Assembly: GCA_044237445.1 (NCBI GenBank)
Contig: JBIIFF010000001.1
Location: forward strand, 1 to 59,868
Source of the DNA: Microbacteriaceae bacterium
GTDB taxonomy: Bacteria > Actinomycetota > Actinomycetes > Actinomycetales > Microbacteriaceae
Direction: 5' to 3'
Length of the DNA stretch: 59,868 bases
Part shown: piece by piece, positions 1-9,627 of the stretch
How positions within the stretch are numbered: position 1 is the stretch's first letter
Layout of the letters: each line of letters starts with the position of its first letter
The notes under the pieces: model-generated
Seen by the model: only the letters and a program-made list of their open reading frames with translations
The model's database searches: none
Told to the model about the DNA's origin: nothing
Made by a program: the position numbers and the translations under genes

Positions 1-1399
1 CCCCGTTCTCAAGAACGAGCGCGTGTGGGGATTCGGAGACTTCACCTGGGTCAACATCAGCCTCGCCATCGCCACCTGGGCCTTTTTGGTCGGCGGTGCT
101 ACGGCTCTGATGGTCGGTTTTGGCCAGGGCATTCTCGCCATGATCATCGGTAACGTTGCCGGTGTCATCATCATGTTGCTCGCCACCACGGTCATCAGCA
201 GCCGTTACGGCGTCGAGCAGTACACCGTGCTTCGGAGCATTTTCGGTTTTGGTGGGGTCGCGTTGATTTTCTTCACCGTCATCACCTTCACCGAGGTCGG
301 TTGGTCTGCTCTGCTGGGAGCGATGTTCGGTCGTGCAACCGCGCAGGTTTCTAACGAAGTCTTTGGCACAGCCATTGACCCCAACTCGATTCTGGTCACC
401 GCGTTCGCACTGATCTGTATCGCCGCAGCCTGGGCGCTCGTCGCCAAAGGCCCGGTCACGATTCGAGCGTTCAACCGAGTGGTTGCCCCTGGACTGGCAC
501 TCGTGATTCTCGGACTGATCATCTTCCTGTTCACGCAAACCACCTGGACCGACCTGATGGCCGCACCCGCGCTCGCACCGTTCGACGACCCACGTTTGAA
601 CTTTGCGCTCGCTGTTGAGTTCAACCTCGGCGTGGCGTTCTCGTGGTGGCCTATCATGGGAAGCCTCGGGCGACTCACCAAGTCCCCCCAGGCGTCGCTG
701 TGGCCCGCATTTGTTGGCCTCGCTGTCGTGACCATCATCGCGCAGCTCGTGGGCATGGCGTCGGCACTCACGCTGGGAAACTGGGACCCCACGGTGTGGT
801 TGCTGTCCGCCGGAGGTGCCGTGTTTGGAGTATTGGCGCTGACGTTCATCGCCTTCGCCAACATCACGTCTCTCGCGTCGATCGTGTATTCGAACACACT
901 GGCCTTGCGTCAGGCGAGCGGAAAGCTCTTCGCCAACACCAAGTGGGAAGTCCTTGCGGCAATCTTCCTGGTTCCGGCAGCAATCGTGAGCTTCTTCCCC
1001 GGATTGTTGTACGACCAGTTCCTGCTGTTCGTCACCTTCTCGGGTGCCTTCCTCTCGGCGGTCTGTGGAACGGTCATCGCGGATTACTTCGTCTTGCGCA
1101 AGCAGCGGATTAACCTCGGAGCGCTCTATGCGCAGGGCAGTAAGTCGCGTTACCACTTCCACGGTGGTTTCAACCTCGCAGCGATGATCTCATCGCTGGC
1201 TGGAGTCGGTGCCTACCTCTGGTTGTACAACCCGATGACGCTGGAAACCAATGCGCTGTTCAACTGGACGACCGCGTCCGTGCCGGCCGTGGCGGTTTCC
1301 TTCGTGCTGCACGTGTTGCTCACGCCACTGCTCAACTCGCCCAAATCCGGGCGCGGCGGCTATGAATTGCCGACCGAGCTCGAATCCGCAAAGAAATAG
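1..1399 (+). CDS. NCS1 family (cytosine/purine/allantoin-type) permease, 5'-truncated by the window edge
   Basis: About 12 hydrophobic helices; NCS1-like segments (ERVWGFGDF..W, SSRYGV..LRSIFG, IADYFVLRKQRI, GFNLAAMIS). The frame is open from base 2 (PVLKNERV...), so the true start lies upstream. Confidence 0.8.
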   Translation, partial: PVLKNERVWGFGDFTWVNISLAIATWAFLVGGATALMVGFGQGILAMIIGNVAGVIIMLLATTVISSRYGVEQYTVLRSIFGFGGVALIFFTVITFTEVGWSALLGAMFGRATAQVSNEVFGTAIDPNSILVTAFALICIAAAWALVAKGPVTIRAFNRVVAPGLALVILGLIIFLFTQTTWTDLMAAPALAPFDDPRLNFALAVEFNLGVAFSWWPIMGSLGRLTKSPQASLWPAFVGLAVVTIIAQLVGMASALTLGNWDPTVWLLSAGGAVFGVLALTFIAFANITSLASIVYSNTLALRQASGKLFANTKWEVLAAIFLVPAAIVSFFPGLLYDQFLLFVTFSGAFLSAVCGTVIADYFVLRKQRINLGALYAQGSKSRYHFHGGFNLAAMISSLAGVGAYLWLYNPMTLETNALFNWTTASVPAVAVSFVLHVLLTPLLNSPKSGRGGYELPTELESAKK

Positions 1400-1423
1400 C
1401 ACGACCCTAGTGAGGAACTCCCG

Positions 1424-2521
1424 ATGCCCCGTTCGATGAAAGCGGCTGTCCACACCGGCGAATCTGACCGACTCGACATTGTTACTGTCGATCTCGATGA
1501 TCCGAAAGCCGGCGAGGTGCTGATTCGAATGGGTGCGTCGGGAGTTTGCGGTTCCGACCGTCACGTTGTTGATAGTGAATGGCCGATGCCGACTCCCACT
1601 GTTTTGGGCCACGAAGGCGCAGGAGTCGTGGAATCAGTGGGGGCCGGCGTCACCACGGTTCAACCCGGCGATCACGTGATTCTTTCGTGGTTCGCACCGT
1701 GTCAAAAGTGCCGAGCCTGCTCTGAAGGTAAGTCCTGGGCGTGCACGCGCACGCGTTCGGTTGAGTGTGTGATGCCGGACGGCACCACACGGCACACGAT
1801 GGCGGGGAAACAGGTTTTCCCGTATCTGGGCCTTGGAACGATGGCGGAGTACACCGTTGCACCCGAATCGGCAGTCGTGGCGATCCCCAGCGAGGTCCCG
1901 TTTGACGTCGCGAGCCTGATTGGCTGTTCCGTTACCACGGGCGTGGGTGCGGTCCTCAACAACGCCAAGGTGACCGCGGGCTCGTCCGCCGTGGTGATCG
2001 GCTGCGGAGGCGTGGGACTGTCGGTAATCATGGGCCTCGCTCTTGCGGGAGCGAACCCCATCATCGCGGTGGACATCAGCACGGAAAAATTGGACGCTGC
2101 GGTTCGGTTCGGCGCGACGCACACGGTCATCGCCGGCGACGACATGGTTTCTGGAATCAAAGAAATCGTCGCCGATGGCGTCGACTATTCTTTCGAGGCA
2201 ATCGGTCGCGTGGGAAGCATCGAGGCCCTGCCCAGCATCACGCGAGCGGGCGGCACCGCGGTCATTGTCGGACTTCCTCCCGTCGGTCATCGCGCAACTA
2301 TTGACCCGCTGAGCTTCGCCGAACTTGGCCTCACCCTCGTCGGGTCGAACTACGGAGGTTCCGTTCCTCTCGTCGACTTCCCGCGAATCGCGGAACTTTA
2401 TCTCGCGGGCAAGCTGCCTCTCGACGAACTCATTTCGGATCGTGTGGGGCTCGACGACGTCAACGACGCTCTCGACGCGATGCGACGGGGTGAGCGCACG
2501 CGTTCCGTGATTGTCTTCTAG
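1424..2521 (+). CDS. Zn-dependent alcohol dehydrogenase (MDR family)
   Basis: GVCGSD, LGHEGAG, structural-Zn CQKCRAC...C, GCGGVG Rossmann motif; GAGGA SD upstream. Confidence 0.9.
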   Translation: MPRSMKAAVHTGESDRLDIVTVDLDDPKAGEVLIRMGASGVCGSDRHVVDSEWPMPTPTVLGHEGAGVVESVGAGVTTVQPGDHVILSWFAPCQKCRACSEGKSWACTRTRSVECVMPDGTTRHTMAGKQVFPYLGLGTMAEYTVAPESAVVAIPSEVPFDVASLIGCSVTTGVGAVLNNAKVTAGSSAVVIGCGGVGLSVIMGLALAGANPIIAVDISTEKLDAAVRFGATHTVIAGDDMVSGIKEIVADGVDYSFEAIGRVGSIEALPSITRAGGTAVIVGLPPVGHRATIDPLSFAELGLTLVGSNYGGSVPLVDFPRIAELYLAGKLPLDELISDRVGLDDVNDALDAMRRGERTRSVIVF

Positions 2522-2522
2522 A

Positions 2523-4154
2523 GTGACCACTCCTGACCAAAATCCCGGCAACTCCCGCGTCCGAGTGGCCGCGATTCAGTTCGAGCCCATGCACGGCGAA
2601 GTCGACGCGAATCTGAATCTGGCGCGCGACCTTCTTTTGGCCAATGATGGTCCGAAGCCCGCGATCGTCGTGTTCCCCGAGATGGCGCTGACGGGGTACA
2701 TCTGGTCGAGCGCCGACGAAATACTTCCGCACGCAGTGAAATGCAGCGACCCCGCGACGCACGCGGAGTGGGTTGCCCTGGCGAAGGAAAGCGGGTCGTG
2801 GCTCGTCATCGGCCACCCGGCCGTCGACTCAGCCACTGGACGACTCACCAACCGCTGCACGCTCGTGTCGCCGACCGACGTCGTCGGGCATTACGACAAG
2901 ACCTGTCTCTTTGTGGAGGACCTTTCGTGGGCCGCCCCGGGTGAAATGATTCCGCCGCTGTGGGACACCCCGATCGGACGAGTCTCCCCGTTGATCTGCG
3001 CGGACTTGGATTATCCCGAGCCGATTGAGTCGGCGGTGGCGAGGGGTGCTCAGGCGATTGTTTTTTCCACCGCGTGGGTCGCCGAGCCCGCACCGAGTGC
3101 CACCTGGACGCTTCGCGCGGCCGAGCACGGGCTACCGATAATCGCGGCGGACCTGATTGGTACCGACCAGGGGATCGTCTTCAGCGGCGGTAGTTGCATC
3201 ATCGACCGCGACGCGGCTGTGCTCGCCTCAAACGATTATGGAGTCGGTATGGTGTCGGCAGACATCGTGATGGGGCAGGCCCGAACATTAGCGACGCCCG
3301 TTTCGCTGAAACCAGACGTTCACGTCCACCGTCTCACCGCATCCACTTCGGGAGACGCGCCGAACGCCGTCACCATTAGCGTCTGGACGGGTGGCCCGTC
3401 AATGGCCCCTCCGGCACCACCGACGACGGAGAAATCCCCGCACGTCATCGTTTTGCCGACGACGTGGGAATCGCGTGACGATTGGATTTCCCGGCTGCAA
3501 TCGTATTCATCCCGTCATGACGCGTTTGTTGTTCAAGGACGGCAATCGGCCGAGGGCGGGCCAGCGGAAATTCTCATCGCCGCGCCTGATTCCGGTTTCG
3601 TGACGTTCACCCCGTCCGAAACCACCCCGTCCGCCGCACTTCTCGACATTTCGGGAGTTCTGGTCGGCATCATGCCCAATTCTGAATTGTCGTCGAATAC
3701 TCTTTCGCGTTCACTGTCGATTCGTGGCGCTTCGGTCATTCTGGGCCAAGGCGCTCATGCGCTTCAGCCGCCTCGCGGTTCGGTTACAACTCGAGCGCCC
3801 TTTCTGGATGGATTAGGAGATGCCGACCCCACCTTTGCGCACCCCGTCCGGTTTCGGGCCGGGGATGCGAATGTGTGGATCGGGTTCTGTTCCGAAACGA
3901 ATTCGGTCCCGTCGGGGATTTTCAGCCCGGACCACGTCGCGTGGCCACGCAATGAGAGCCTCGAGGTATCCGAGCAGTGGATTTCACACACCTGTTCGGT
4001 GGACCTGTCGGATCCCTGGGGTCGAATTGCCACGTCGAAGCCCCTTGTCTCGTCGCGCAATCTCGCGCTCTATGAGGACTCGTTCCGCACCACCGTTACT
4101 GAGCGCCAGTGGGTGACATCGTCGTCAGAGGATGAGGTCCCCCGCCCCTCGTGA
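2523..4154 (+). CDS. Carbon-nitrogen hydrolase (nitrilase/amidase) family protein with a degenerate C-terminal domain
   Basis: Catalytic triad motifs VFPEMALTGY (E), YDKTCL (K), LICADL (C) in the N-terminal half. GTG at 2523 lies just after the ADH stop (ORF track starts at 2511). Confidence 0.8.
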   Translation: MTTPDQNPGNSRVRVAAIQFEPMHGEVDANLNLARDLLLANDGPKPAIVVFPEMALTGYIWSSADEILPHAVKCSDPATHAEWVALAKESGSWLVIGHPAVDSATGRLTNRCTLVSPTDVVGHYDKTCLFVEDLSWAAPGEMIPPLWDTPIGRVSPLICADLDYPEPIESAVARGAQAIVFSTAWVAEPAPSATWTLRAAEHGLPIIAADLIGTDQGIVFSGGSCIIDRDAAVLASNDYGVGMVSADIVMGQARTLATPVSLKPDVHVHRLTASTSGDAPNAVTISVWTGGPSMAPPAPPTTEKSPHVIVLPTTWESRDDWISRLQSYSSRHDAFVVQGRQSAEGGPAEILIAAPDSGFVTFTPSETTPSAALLDISGVLVGIMPNSELSSNTLSRSLSIRGASVILGQGAHALQPPRGSVTTRAPFLDGLGDADPTFAHPVRFRAGDANVWIGFCSETNSVPSGIFSPDHVAWPRNESLEVSEQWISHTCSVDLSDPWGRIATSKPLVSSRNLALYEDSFRTTVTERQWVTSSSEDEVPRPS

Positions 4155-4180
4155 CAATTGGGGTGTGCGTGCTCCGACCG

Positions 4181-5326
4181 TCACCACGTTCGTAACGGGT
4201 AGGTCTCCAACGCGTGTCTGACGGCGGGCATGTCAAGATCGAATGAGCGATACGCCGTGTCGGTTGCCGCGACGATTTGCGCGTAGTGCTGCCCGCGCGC
4301 TTCGCAGACAACGCGCTGCCATTGACGCCACTTCGGCTGGAATTGGCGTTGGGACCCCCAACCCTTGGATTTTTCCGGGGTCAGGATGATGACGGTCGTG
4401 TCGGGGCCTACGAACATCGACGTCAACGCCTGACTTCCAATCTCGGAAACAACGACGCGTGCGGCCTGGAAGTGCTGAATTTGCCGTTCAATCGGATGGT
4501 CCGTCGGATGCCACGTGGTAAAACCAATCGAATTCAGGAATTCCTCGAGTTCCTCTTTGTTCGACGCACCGGAGCGTTTTTCGTCGGGCCTCCGCGCGAC
4601 GTACAACAATTCCGGAAGTGTCGGGTCGTCGGGAATTCCCGCCGTGAACGAACTCACCATCCGTTCCATTCGATGCTTGTCCTGTACCCGAACGAGTCCG
4701 GGACGGGAAAGGTGCGTCGGAACCAGAAGGTTTTCGACGTACACAAAGTGATCGCGTTCCGACGTCGGATATCGCTGAACGTTCTCTTCTCGGATGCCGA
4801 GGCGAGCAAGGAGACTGCTGTCACCCCATGGAGTGTTGAGAATGGTCGCGTCCGGGAACTGTTCGTGAATGGTGGTGAGCCGCGGAAGGCGGTGAAGAAG
4901 CCAGTGCCCGTAGGCGCGGGCGCGCGTCAGTGTGGTTCCGTAGGTGCCGGAATACTCCGCAATCACGCTGGTGGACGGGATGGGTTCGCTAAATGTTCTC
5001 GAGCCGAAGAATGGCGAGAGGATCGTTTTTCCGGCGAGCGTGACAATCTGATTATCGGGCGACACCAGAGCTTCTTTCACGCTGATGACGGCCTCCGGGG
5101 CCATGAGGTCGCGTCGGTCGCGAGGGCGCTTTCCGAAACGCCAATAGCGTGAGGCTTCGAGATCGAGCCATTTTCCGTTGACATACGCCAAATCCGAGGC
5201 AAGACGGCCCGCTTCGATGGGATTATTCGAGACATACTCCAACTGAATGCCCGTCGGGGGGGTCATTCCCGACAGGAATTTGTCGGCGAGCACGATTTGT
5301 GGTGCGGTGGTCAACTGCTTCGCCAT
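4181..5326 (-). CDS. Glycosyltransferase family 61 (DUF563-like)
   Basis: YGHWLLHRLPRL, LYVARR, N.EEL..FL..IGF and QIQHFQAARVVVSEIGS motifs typical of GT61. Confidence 0.75.
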   Translation of the reverse strand: MAKQLTTAPQIVLADKFLSGMTPPTGIQLEYVSNNPIEAGRLASDLAYVNGKWLDLEASRYWRFGKRPRDRRDLMAPEAVISVKEALVSPDNQIVTLAGKTILSPFFGSRTFSEPIPSTSVIAEYSGTYGTTLTRARAYGHWLLHRLPRLTTIHEQFPDATILNTPWGDSSLLARLGIREENVQRYPTSERDHFVYVENLLVPTHLSRPGLVRVQDKHRMERMVSSFTAGIPDDPTLPELLYVARRPDEKRSGASNKEELEEFLNSIGFTTWHPTDHPIERQIQHFQAARVVVSEIGSQALTSMFVGPDTTVIILTPEKSKGWGSQRQFQPKWRQWQRVVCEARGQHYAQIVAATDTAYRSFDLDMPAVRHALETYPLRTW

Positions 5327-5485
5327 ATGTGTACATTCTCCAGATAGGTCGGGATGGGGGTTTTCCCCTCATGTACCGACGAGGACAACTACTGGTAGGT
5401 TACGACATTCGGTCGGGGAAACCGCCCGAATCGTTGGCTTGATAGCCGCAGTCGTGGACGGTGTGATGGCACTATAGCTAGGCTG

Positions 5486-5558
5486 CGCGCCCGGAGGGAT
5501 TCGAACCCCCAACCGTCTGATCCGTAGTCAGATACTCTATCCGTTGAGCTACGGGCGC
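5486..5558 (-). tRNA. tRNA-Arg(ACG)
   Basis: Reverse complement GCGCCCGTAGCTCAACGGATAGAG...CTGACT-ACG-GATCAG...GGTTCGAATCCCTCCGGGCGCG folds as a cloverleaf; CCA not encoded. Confidence 0.97.
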
Positions 5559-5621
5559 ACGTTGCCCGAAGACAACTTCACGAGTCTAACAGCAGACGGT
5601 TTAGCCCCCAAACTCGCACGT

Positions 5622-5821
5622 TCACCGCGTGCGTGCTTGTCGCCCGCGGAAGTGTTCCATCGTCCTGTTGATGCCGAAGAAATCCGCAACCCGATCGAAT
5701 GCGCGAACGGGAAGTAGTCGAACCAGCGGAAGAACCCGAGCGAACGGCGGCAGAACGAGTGTTGCTCGGCCCCTCCGGTGATCAGAACGCTGGCCGAGGA
5801 CAGGGTGATTCGTCGATTCAT
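5622..5821 (-). pseudogene. Short-chain dehydrogenase/reductase remnant with a large internal deletion and frameshift
   Basis: ATG overlaps the ALDH stop (ATGA). It reads MNRRITLSSASVLITGGA (start of the SDR TGxxxGxG motif), then another frame gives an SDR-like C-terminus GRATLVLPPFARVLPLVRLLPVRAFDRVADFFGINRTMEHFRGR. Confidence 0.65.
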
Positions 5822-7218
5822 GAGATCCGGTTCCATAACGCGAGCAGTCGGTTGAGCATTTGGGCATAGGCGCGGTTCGTTTGGCGGCCAACCGGTGTGA
5901 TTCCGGCGAGGCGTTGCACCGCGACGGTTTGGGCCTCGGTGTATTTGATGATTCCGTCGCGACCGTGTCGACGACCCATCCCGGACGACCGCATTCCCCC
6001 CATGGGGGCTCCGTGCGACGCCCAGCTAGCGGAATAGCCCTCGTTGACGGTGATGGTGCCAGCGTGAATTGCGTGCCCCACCGAGTCTCCGCGACGAGTC
6101 CACACGCTGGCATTGAGCCCATACTCAGATTCATTGGCTCGCCGGATCGCCTCGTTGTCGTCGGCGACTCGGTACACCGCAACAACCGGACCGAAGGTTT
6201 CGCCCGCTCCGAGCGTCATGTCGTCGGTCACATCAGTGAGGATTGTCGGCTCGTAGAAGGTCGGCGCGATGTCGGGTCGACGTCGTCCCCCTGTTACGAC
6301 CGTCGCTCCTCGTTTGACGGCGTCGTCGACGTGGTCCGCAACACGCTCACACTGGGTGGTCGAGATGAGCGGTCCCATGTCGATTTCCCAATCGGTACCG
6401 TCACCAAGCGTCATCGAGCGGGTGTGCTCGGCGAATTCGCCGAGGAACTGCTCGTACAAACTGTTGACGACATAAATGCGTTCGATGCTGACACACAGCT
6501 GTCCCGCGTTGGAAAAGCACGCGCGAACCGCGGCGCGGGCCGCGGACGGCACGTCCGCATCGCTCAGCACGAGCATCGGGTTCTTGCCCCCGAGTTCCCC
6601 GGAAAAACCAATCAACCGCGCGGCGCACTTCTCAGCGACCGAACGACCGACCGCGGTGGATCCCGTGAACATGATGTAGTCCGCGGCGGCAACGAGCGCA
6701 TCCCCGTGAACTCGGCCTCCGCCGTGAACGATGGTCAAAACGCCCGCGGGCAGACCGGCCGCGAGCAGGAGTCGCTCGACGATGTCGGCGGTGCGAGGTG
6801 TGGCGGCATCGGGCAGGAGGACGACCGCGTTCCCCGCGATGAGCGCCGGGATGACATCGGACGCAGGGAGTGTGAAGGGGTAGTTCCACGGCGTGATGAC
6901 ACCAACGACCCCGATTGGTCGATAGTGTTCGATGGCACGCGTGAGAAATGGAATCGCGCCGCGACGGCGTCCAGAGCGAAGGAAGCCGGCGCCGCGTCTT
7001 CCGTAAAAATGTGCAAGTTGTGCCGCATCGACGGTTTCTTCGAACGCACTCAGTCGATTCTTGTGGGTTTCCGACTGGATGGTGTCCAGGATTTCTGGCT
7101 GGTGTTGATACGCCAGCCGGGAGAACCGACGTGCCACAGCCATCCTTCGCGCGACAGGAACCTGCTCCCACTCGCGTTGTGCACGCCGAGCGACGTTTAC
7201 CGCCTCGTCAATTTTCAC
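5818..7218 (-). CDS. NAD(P)-dependent aldehyde dehydrogenase, succinate-semialdehyde dehydrogenase (GabD2-like)
   Basis: TPWNYP, FTGST, ELGGKN (catalytic E), AGQLCVS (catalytic C), ETFGP, YGLNASVWT. Confidence 0.88.
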   Translation of the reverse strand: MKIDEAVNVARRAQREWEQVPVARRMAVARRFSRLAYQHQPEILDTIQSETHKNRLSAFEETVDAAQLAHFYGRRGAGFLRSGRRRGAIPFLTRAIEHYRPIGVVGVITPWNYPFTLPASDVIPALIAGNAVVLLPDAATPRTADIVERLLLAAGLPAGVLTIVHGGGRVHGDALVAAADYIMFTGSTAVGRSVAEKCAARLIGFSGELGGKNPMLVLSDADVPSAARAAVRACFSNAGQLCVSIERIYVVNSLYEQFLGEFAEHTRSMTLGDGTDWEIDMGPLISTTQCERVADHVDDAVKRGATVVTGGRRRPDIAPTFYEPTILTDVTDDMTLGAGETFGPVVAVYRVADDNEAIRRANESEYGLNASVWTRRGDSVGHAIHAGTITVNEGYSASWASHGAPMGGMRSSGMGRRHGRDGIIKYTEAQTVAVQRLAGITPVGRQTNRAYAQMLNRLLALWNRIS

Positions 7219-7260
7219 TCTTTCACCCTAGAGGCGAACGAGCCGTTGAGACGACCGCTA

Positions 7261-9483
7261 TTAGCCGTTTCGGCGACGCTTGGTGTACAGCGCTGCACCG
7301 ATTCCCGCAGCAACGGCCGCCAAGCCGCCGAGCGCGACGGGAACCGTGTCAAAACCGGTTGCCGCGAGCGTTGGAACGAAGGCAGACCAGGCGCTTGCTG
7401 CACACAGGTTTCCCGAGTTCGTTCCGGCGATGGTGACGCGCTGCTTGCTGCCGACCTCACGGCTACCGTTCTTGGGGAAGGTGATGCTGGAGGCTTCGAC
7501 AATCCCAGAAGGAACGTCCGGGACCGCTGGATTGTTGATTTCTTCGTCGGGACAATTAGTAACAGCACGCAACCCGAAACACAGTTCCGGTTCTTCCGCT
7601 TCGAACGTGACCGTTCCCGTAATCGCCTCGAGTTCCTCGATCGTGGTACCGTTCAGTCCAACAATCTGGATTGACGGGGTTGTCGAGGATTCTGCGACCG
7701 TTAGACCTGAGATATCGAGGTAGCCTGTCGAGTCAACGTCGAGGTCCTGCCACGAGGAAACTGCGGCACCGTTATCGTCATAAATCGAGATCGCCACGTC
7801 GTTTGGCGACAGACCGTTGAGATTCAGTTGAATGTCTTCCCAACTGATGACGCGACCGTCGGAATCACAGCCCATTCGAGGAACGACACCGGCATAGGGC
7901 AATTCAACGACGGCGTCTCCCGACGAGCAGCCGATTTCACCCGTCTCGGCATTCAACGGGATGATCCGACCAGAGTCTTGGTTGACCCAGACACAGCCGG
8001 GATTGTCGGGGTCAATGTTTGCGGTGTAGTACGTGGTGATCCCACGATCCGTCCCGTCAAATCCAACACAGAGGGCATCGGTTGAAAAGTCCCAGCAAAC
8101 AAGGTCGTTAGACCAAAAAGGGAATCCTGGATGCTCTGTTCCCGTACGTTCAGGGCCACCGTAATAGAACTTGGCGCCCGTAATCGCCCACTGCTGCGCG
8201 TTCTGCCCTGCAATGTAGTCGTTCGGAGGGGTCGAGGTCCAGTAGGTGCTTAGCCCAGTGGGAATCGTTACCGTTGCACCGGCATCATCGATACACAGTT
8301 TCGAGCTGATGTCGCATGTGCCCAAGAACGCCCCGGACGTGTTTTGAACGGGAACGGGGGCGTGACGGTCAACGTTCGACTGCGCATCCGAGCCGATGTC
8401 AATCGGCGTCGAGCTTGCACACAAGGCGGTGGTGTCGGGATCGAAACATCCCATGACGTCATCGATGGTGAAGAACACTTTGCCTTCCGCGGCGGTCACT
8501 CGACCGTGGTAGAAACCGGAGCCCCAGAACCCGCCGGTGCCGACATCGAAACCGTTGTTTCCGCCGTCGCATTCGTCACCGCCAGTGGTGTCCATGTCGA
8601 AACACATCAATTTGGCGTTGTAGCCATCGATGCTCCAGAGGACATCACCGTCTTGGCTACTACTTCCGAAGCCTTGGTGGCCGTTAAAACCACTGAACCC
8701 GGTCGACAGGCTAGTAAATTCGGTTGGGCAGTCCACAACCGCTGCCACATCGGAATAGTCCTGACAGAGAACGCCGTAGTGTCCGTCCGACGAGCGGTAA
8801 ACAAAACCGTAGACGCGATCCGTTGACTTGTCGAAGTACAACGAGGATGCGTGGTTCGTCTTGTATCCGGCCTTGGTGCGCAGTGGCGTCGCACACTCCG
8901 TACCGTCCAGATTTTTACATACGATTTTTGCGCTCACCGTGTCGTGGTGGTACATGTTGAGAATGATTCCATTGCCGAACGCGACGTTGTAGCCGTCTCC
9001 TCCGCCGGAACTCTCGAAATCCGTACCCGTGGTGATTGGTTCGGCTTCCGTGGTCGTCTCGAAAACTCCGCGACCCTTGGTGCTCACGTCACCCTTTGCG
9101 CGGACCGCGATCACCGTGGTCAGGTCACCGGGAGCGGTCCCGCTCCAGTTTGTGCCGTCCGTGGAATACTCGAGGGTCCAACCCTCGGGGTAGGTCAATC
9201 CGTTGGGGTTATTTGTCGCGTGGTAGGCGCCAGCTGCTTGAAGTTGAAGGCTCTGGGTGCTCCACGACGTGTACAAAATATGTTGCGCACTACCGAACTG
9301 TGCGATGGGTCCGTGGGTGACGACATCAACGATGTCGTCTTGAGCCATCGACGTGGGTGGCAAGTCATTTACCGTCACCGCGACAGTCGTCAGACCAGAA
9401 GCGACCGCGTGAGCCGCGGCCGGGAAACCAACAAGAGCAACGATCGCAAGCGACGACGCAAGCAAAGTGGTGGATTTTTTCAC
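7261..9483 (-). CDS. Secreted, Cys-rich cell-surface protein with a LAXTG (LAATG) sorting signal
   Basis: Signal peptide MKKSTTLLASSLAIVALVGFPAAAHA; C-terminal LAATG, hydrophobic helix and KRRR tail; 18 Cys, many in C-x-D-x(n)-C-like repeats. Confidence 0.8.
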   Translation of the reverse strand: MKKSTTLLASSLAIVALVGFPAAAHAVASGLTTVAVTVNDLPPTSMAQDDIVDVVTHGPIAQFGSAQHILYTSWSTQSLQLQAAGAYHATNNPNGLTYPEGWTLEYSTDGTNWSGTAPGDLTTVIAVRAKGDVSTKGRGVFETTTEAEPITTGTDFESSGGGDGYNVAFGNGIILNMYHHDTVSAKIVCKNLDGTECATPLRTKAGYKTNHASSLYFDKSTDRVYGFVYRSSDGHYGVLCQDYSDVAAVVDCPTEFTSLSTGFSGFNGHQGFGSSSQDGDVLWSIDGYNAKLMCFDMDTTGGDECDGGNNGFDVGTGGFWGSGFYHGRVTAAEGKVFFTIDDVMGCFDPDTTALCASSTPIDIGSDAQSNVDRHAPVPVQNTSGAFLGTCDISSKLCIDDAGATVTIPTGLSTYWTSTPPNDYIAGQNAQQWAITGAKFYYGGPERTGTEHPGFPFWSNDLVCWDFSTDALCVGFDGTDRGITTYYTANIDPDNPGCVWVNQDSGRIIPLNAETGEIGCSSGDAVVELPYAGVVPRMGCDSDGRVISWEDIQLNLNGLSPNDVAISIYDDNGAAVSSWQDLDVDSTGYLDISGLTVAESSTTPSIQIVGLNGTTIEELEAITGTVTFEAEEPELCFGLRAVTNCPDEEINNPAVPDVPSGIVEASSITFPKNGSREVGSKQRVTIAGTNSGNLCAASAWSAFVPTLAATGFDTVPVALGGLAAVAAGIGAALYTKRRRNG

Positions 9484-9627
9484 AGCATTTCCTTATTCGA
9501 AGGGCGACAAAATTGTATCAAATAAACAAACCTTTTTAGCGCGACTGTGGCCTTAAAGTCGACGACTGACCTGAAACGTAATGGCACTCAAGCGTCGAAA
9601 GGTTTGAGAGACGGTAGGCTGGAAACT

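Noticed and set aside
5549-5836. 95-aa ORF as an intact gene
   Set aside because: It runs into tRNA-Arg and only its first ~18 residues from ATG 5821 look protein-like; better explained as the SDR remnant.
5818-7218. ALDH as an N-terminally truncated pseudogene
   Set aside because: The N-terminus is short, but all catalytic motifs are intact and a -10 hexamer sits 7 nt before the GTG, consistent with a real leaderless start.
5860-7674. 604-aa plus-strand ORF
   Set aside because: Antisense shadow of the ALDH and surface-protein genes with no recognisable motifs; long shadow ORFs are expected at this GC content.
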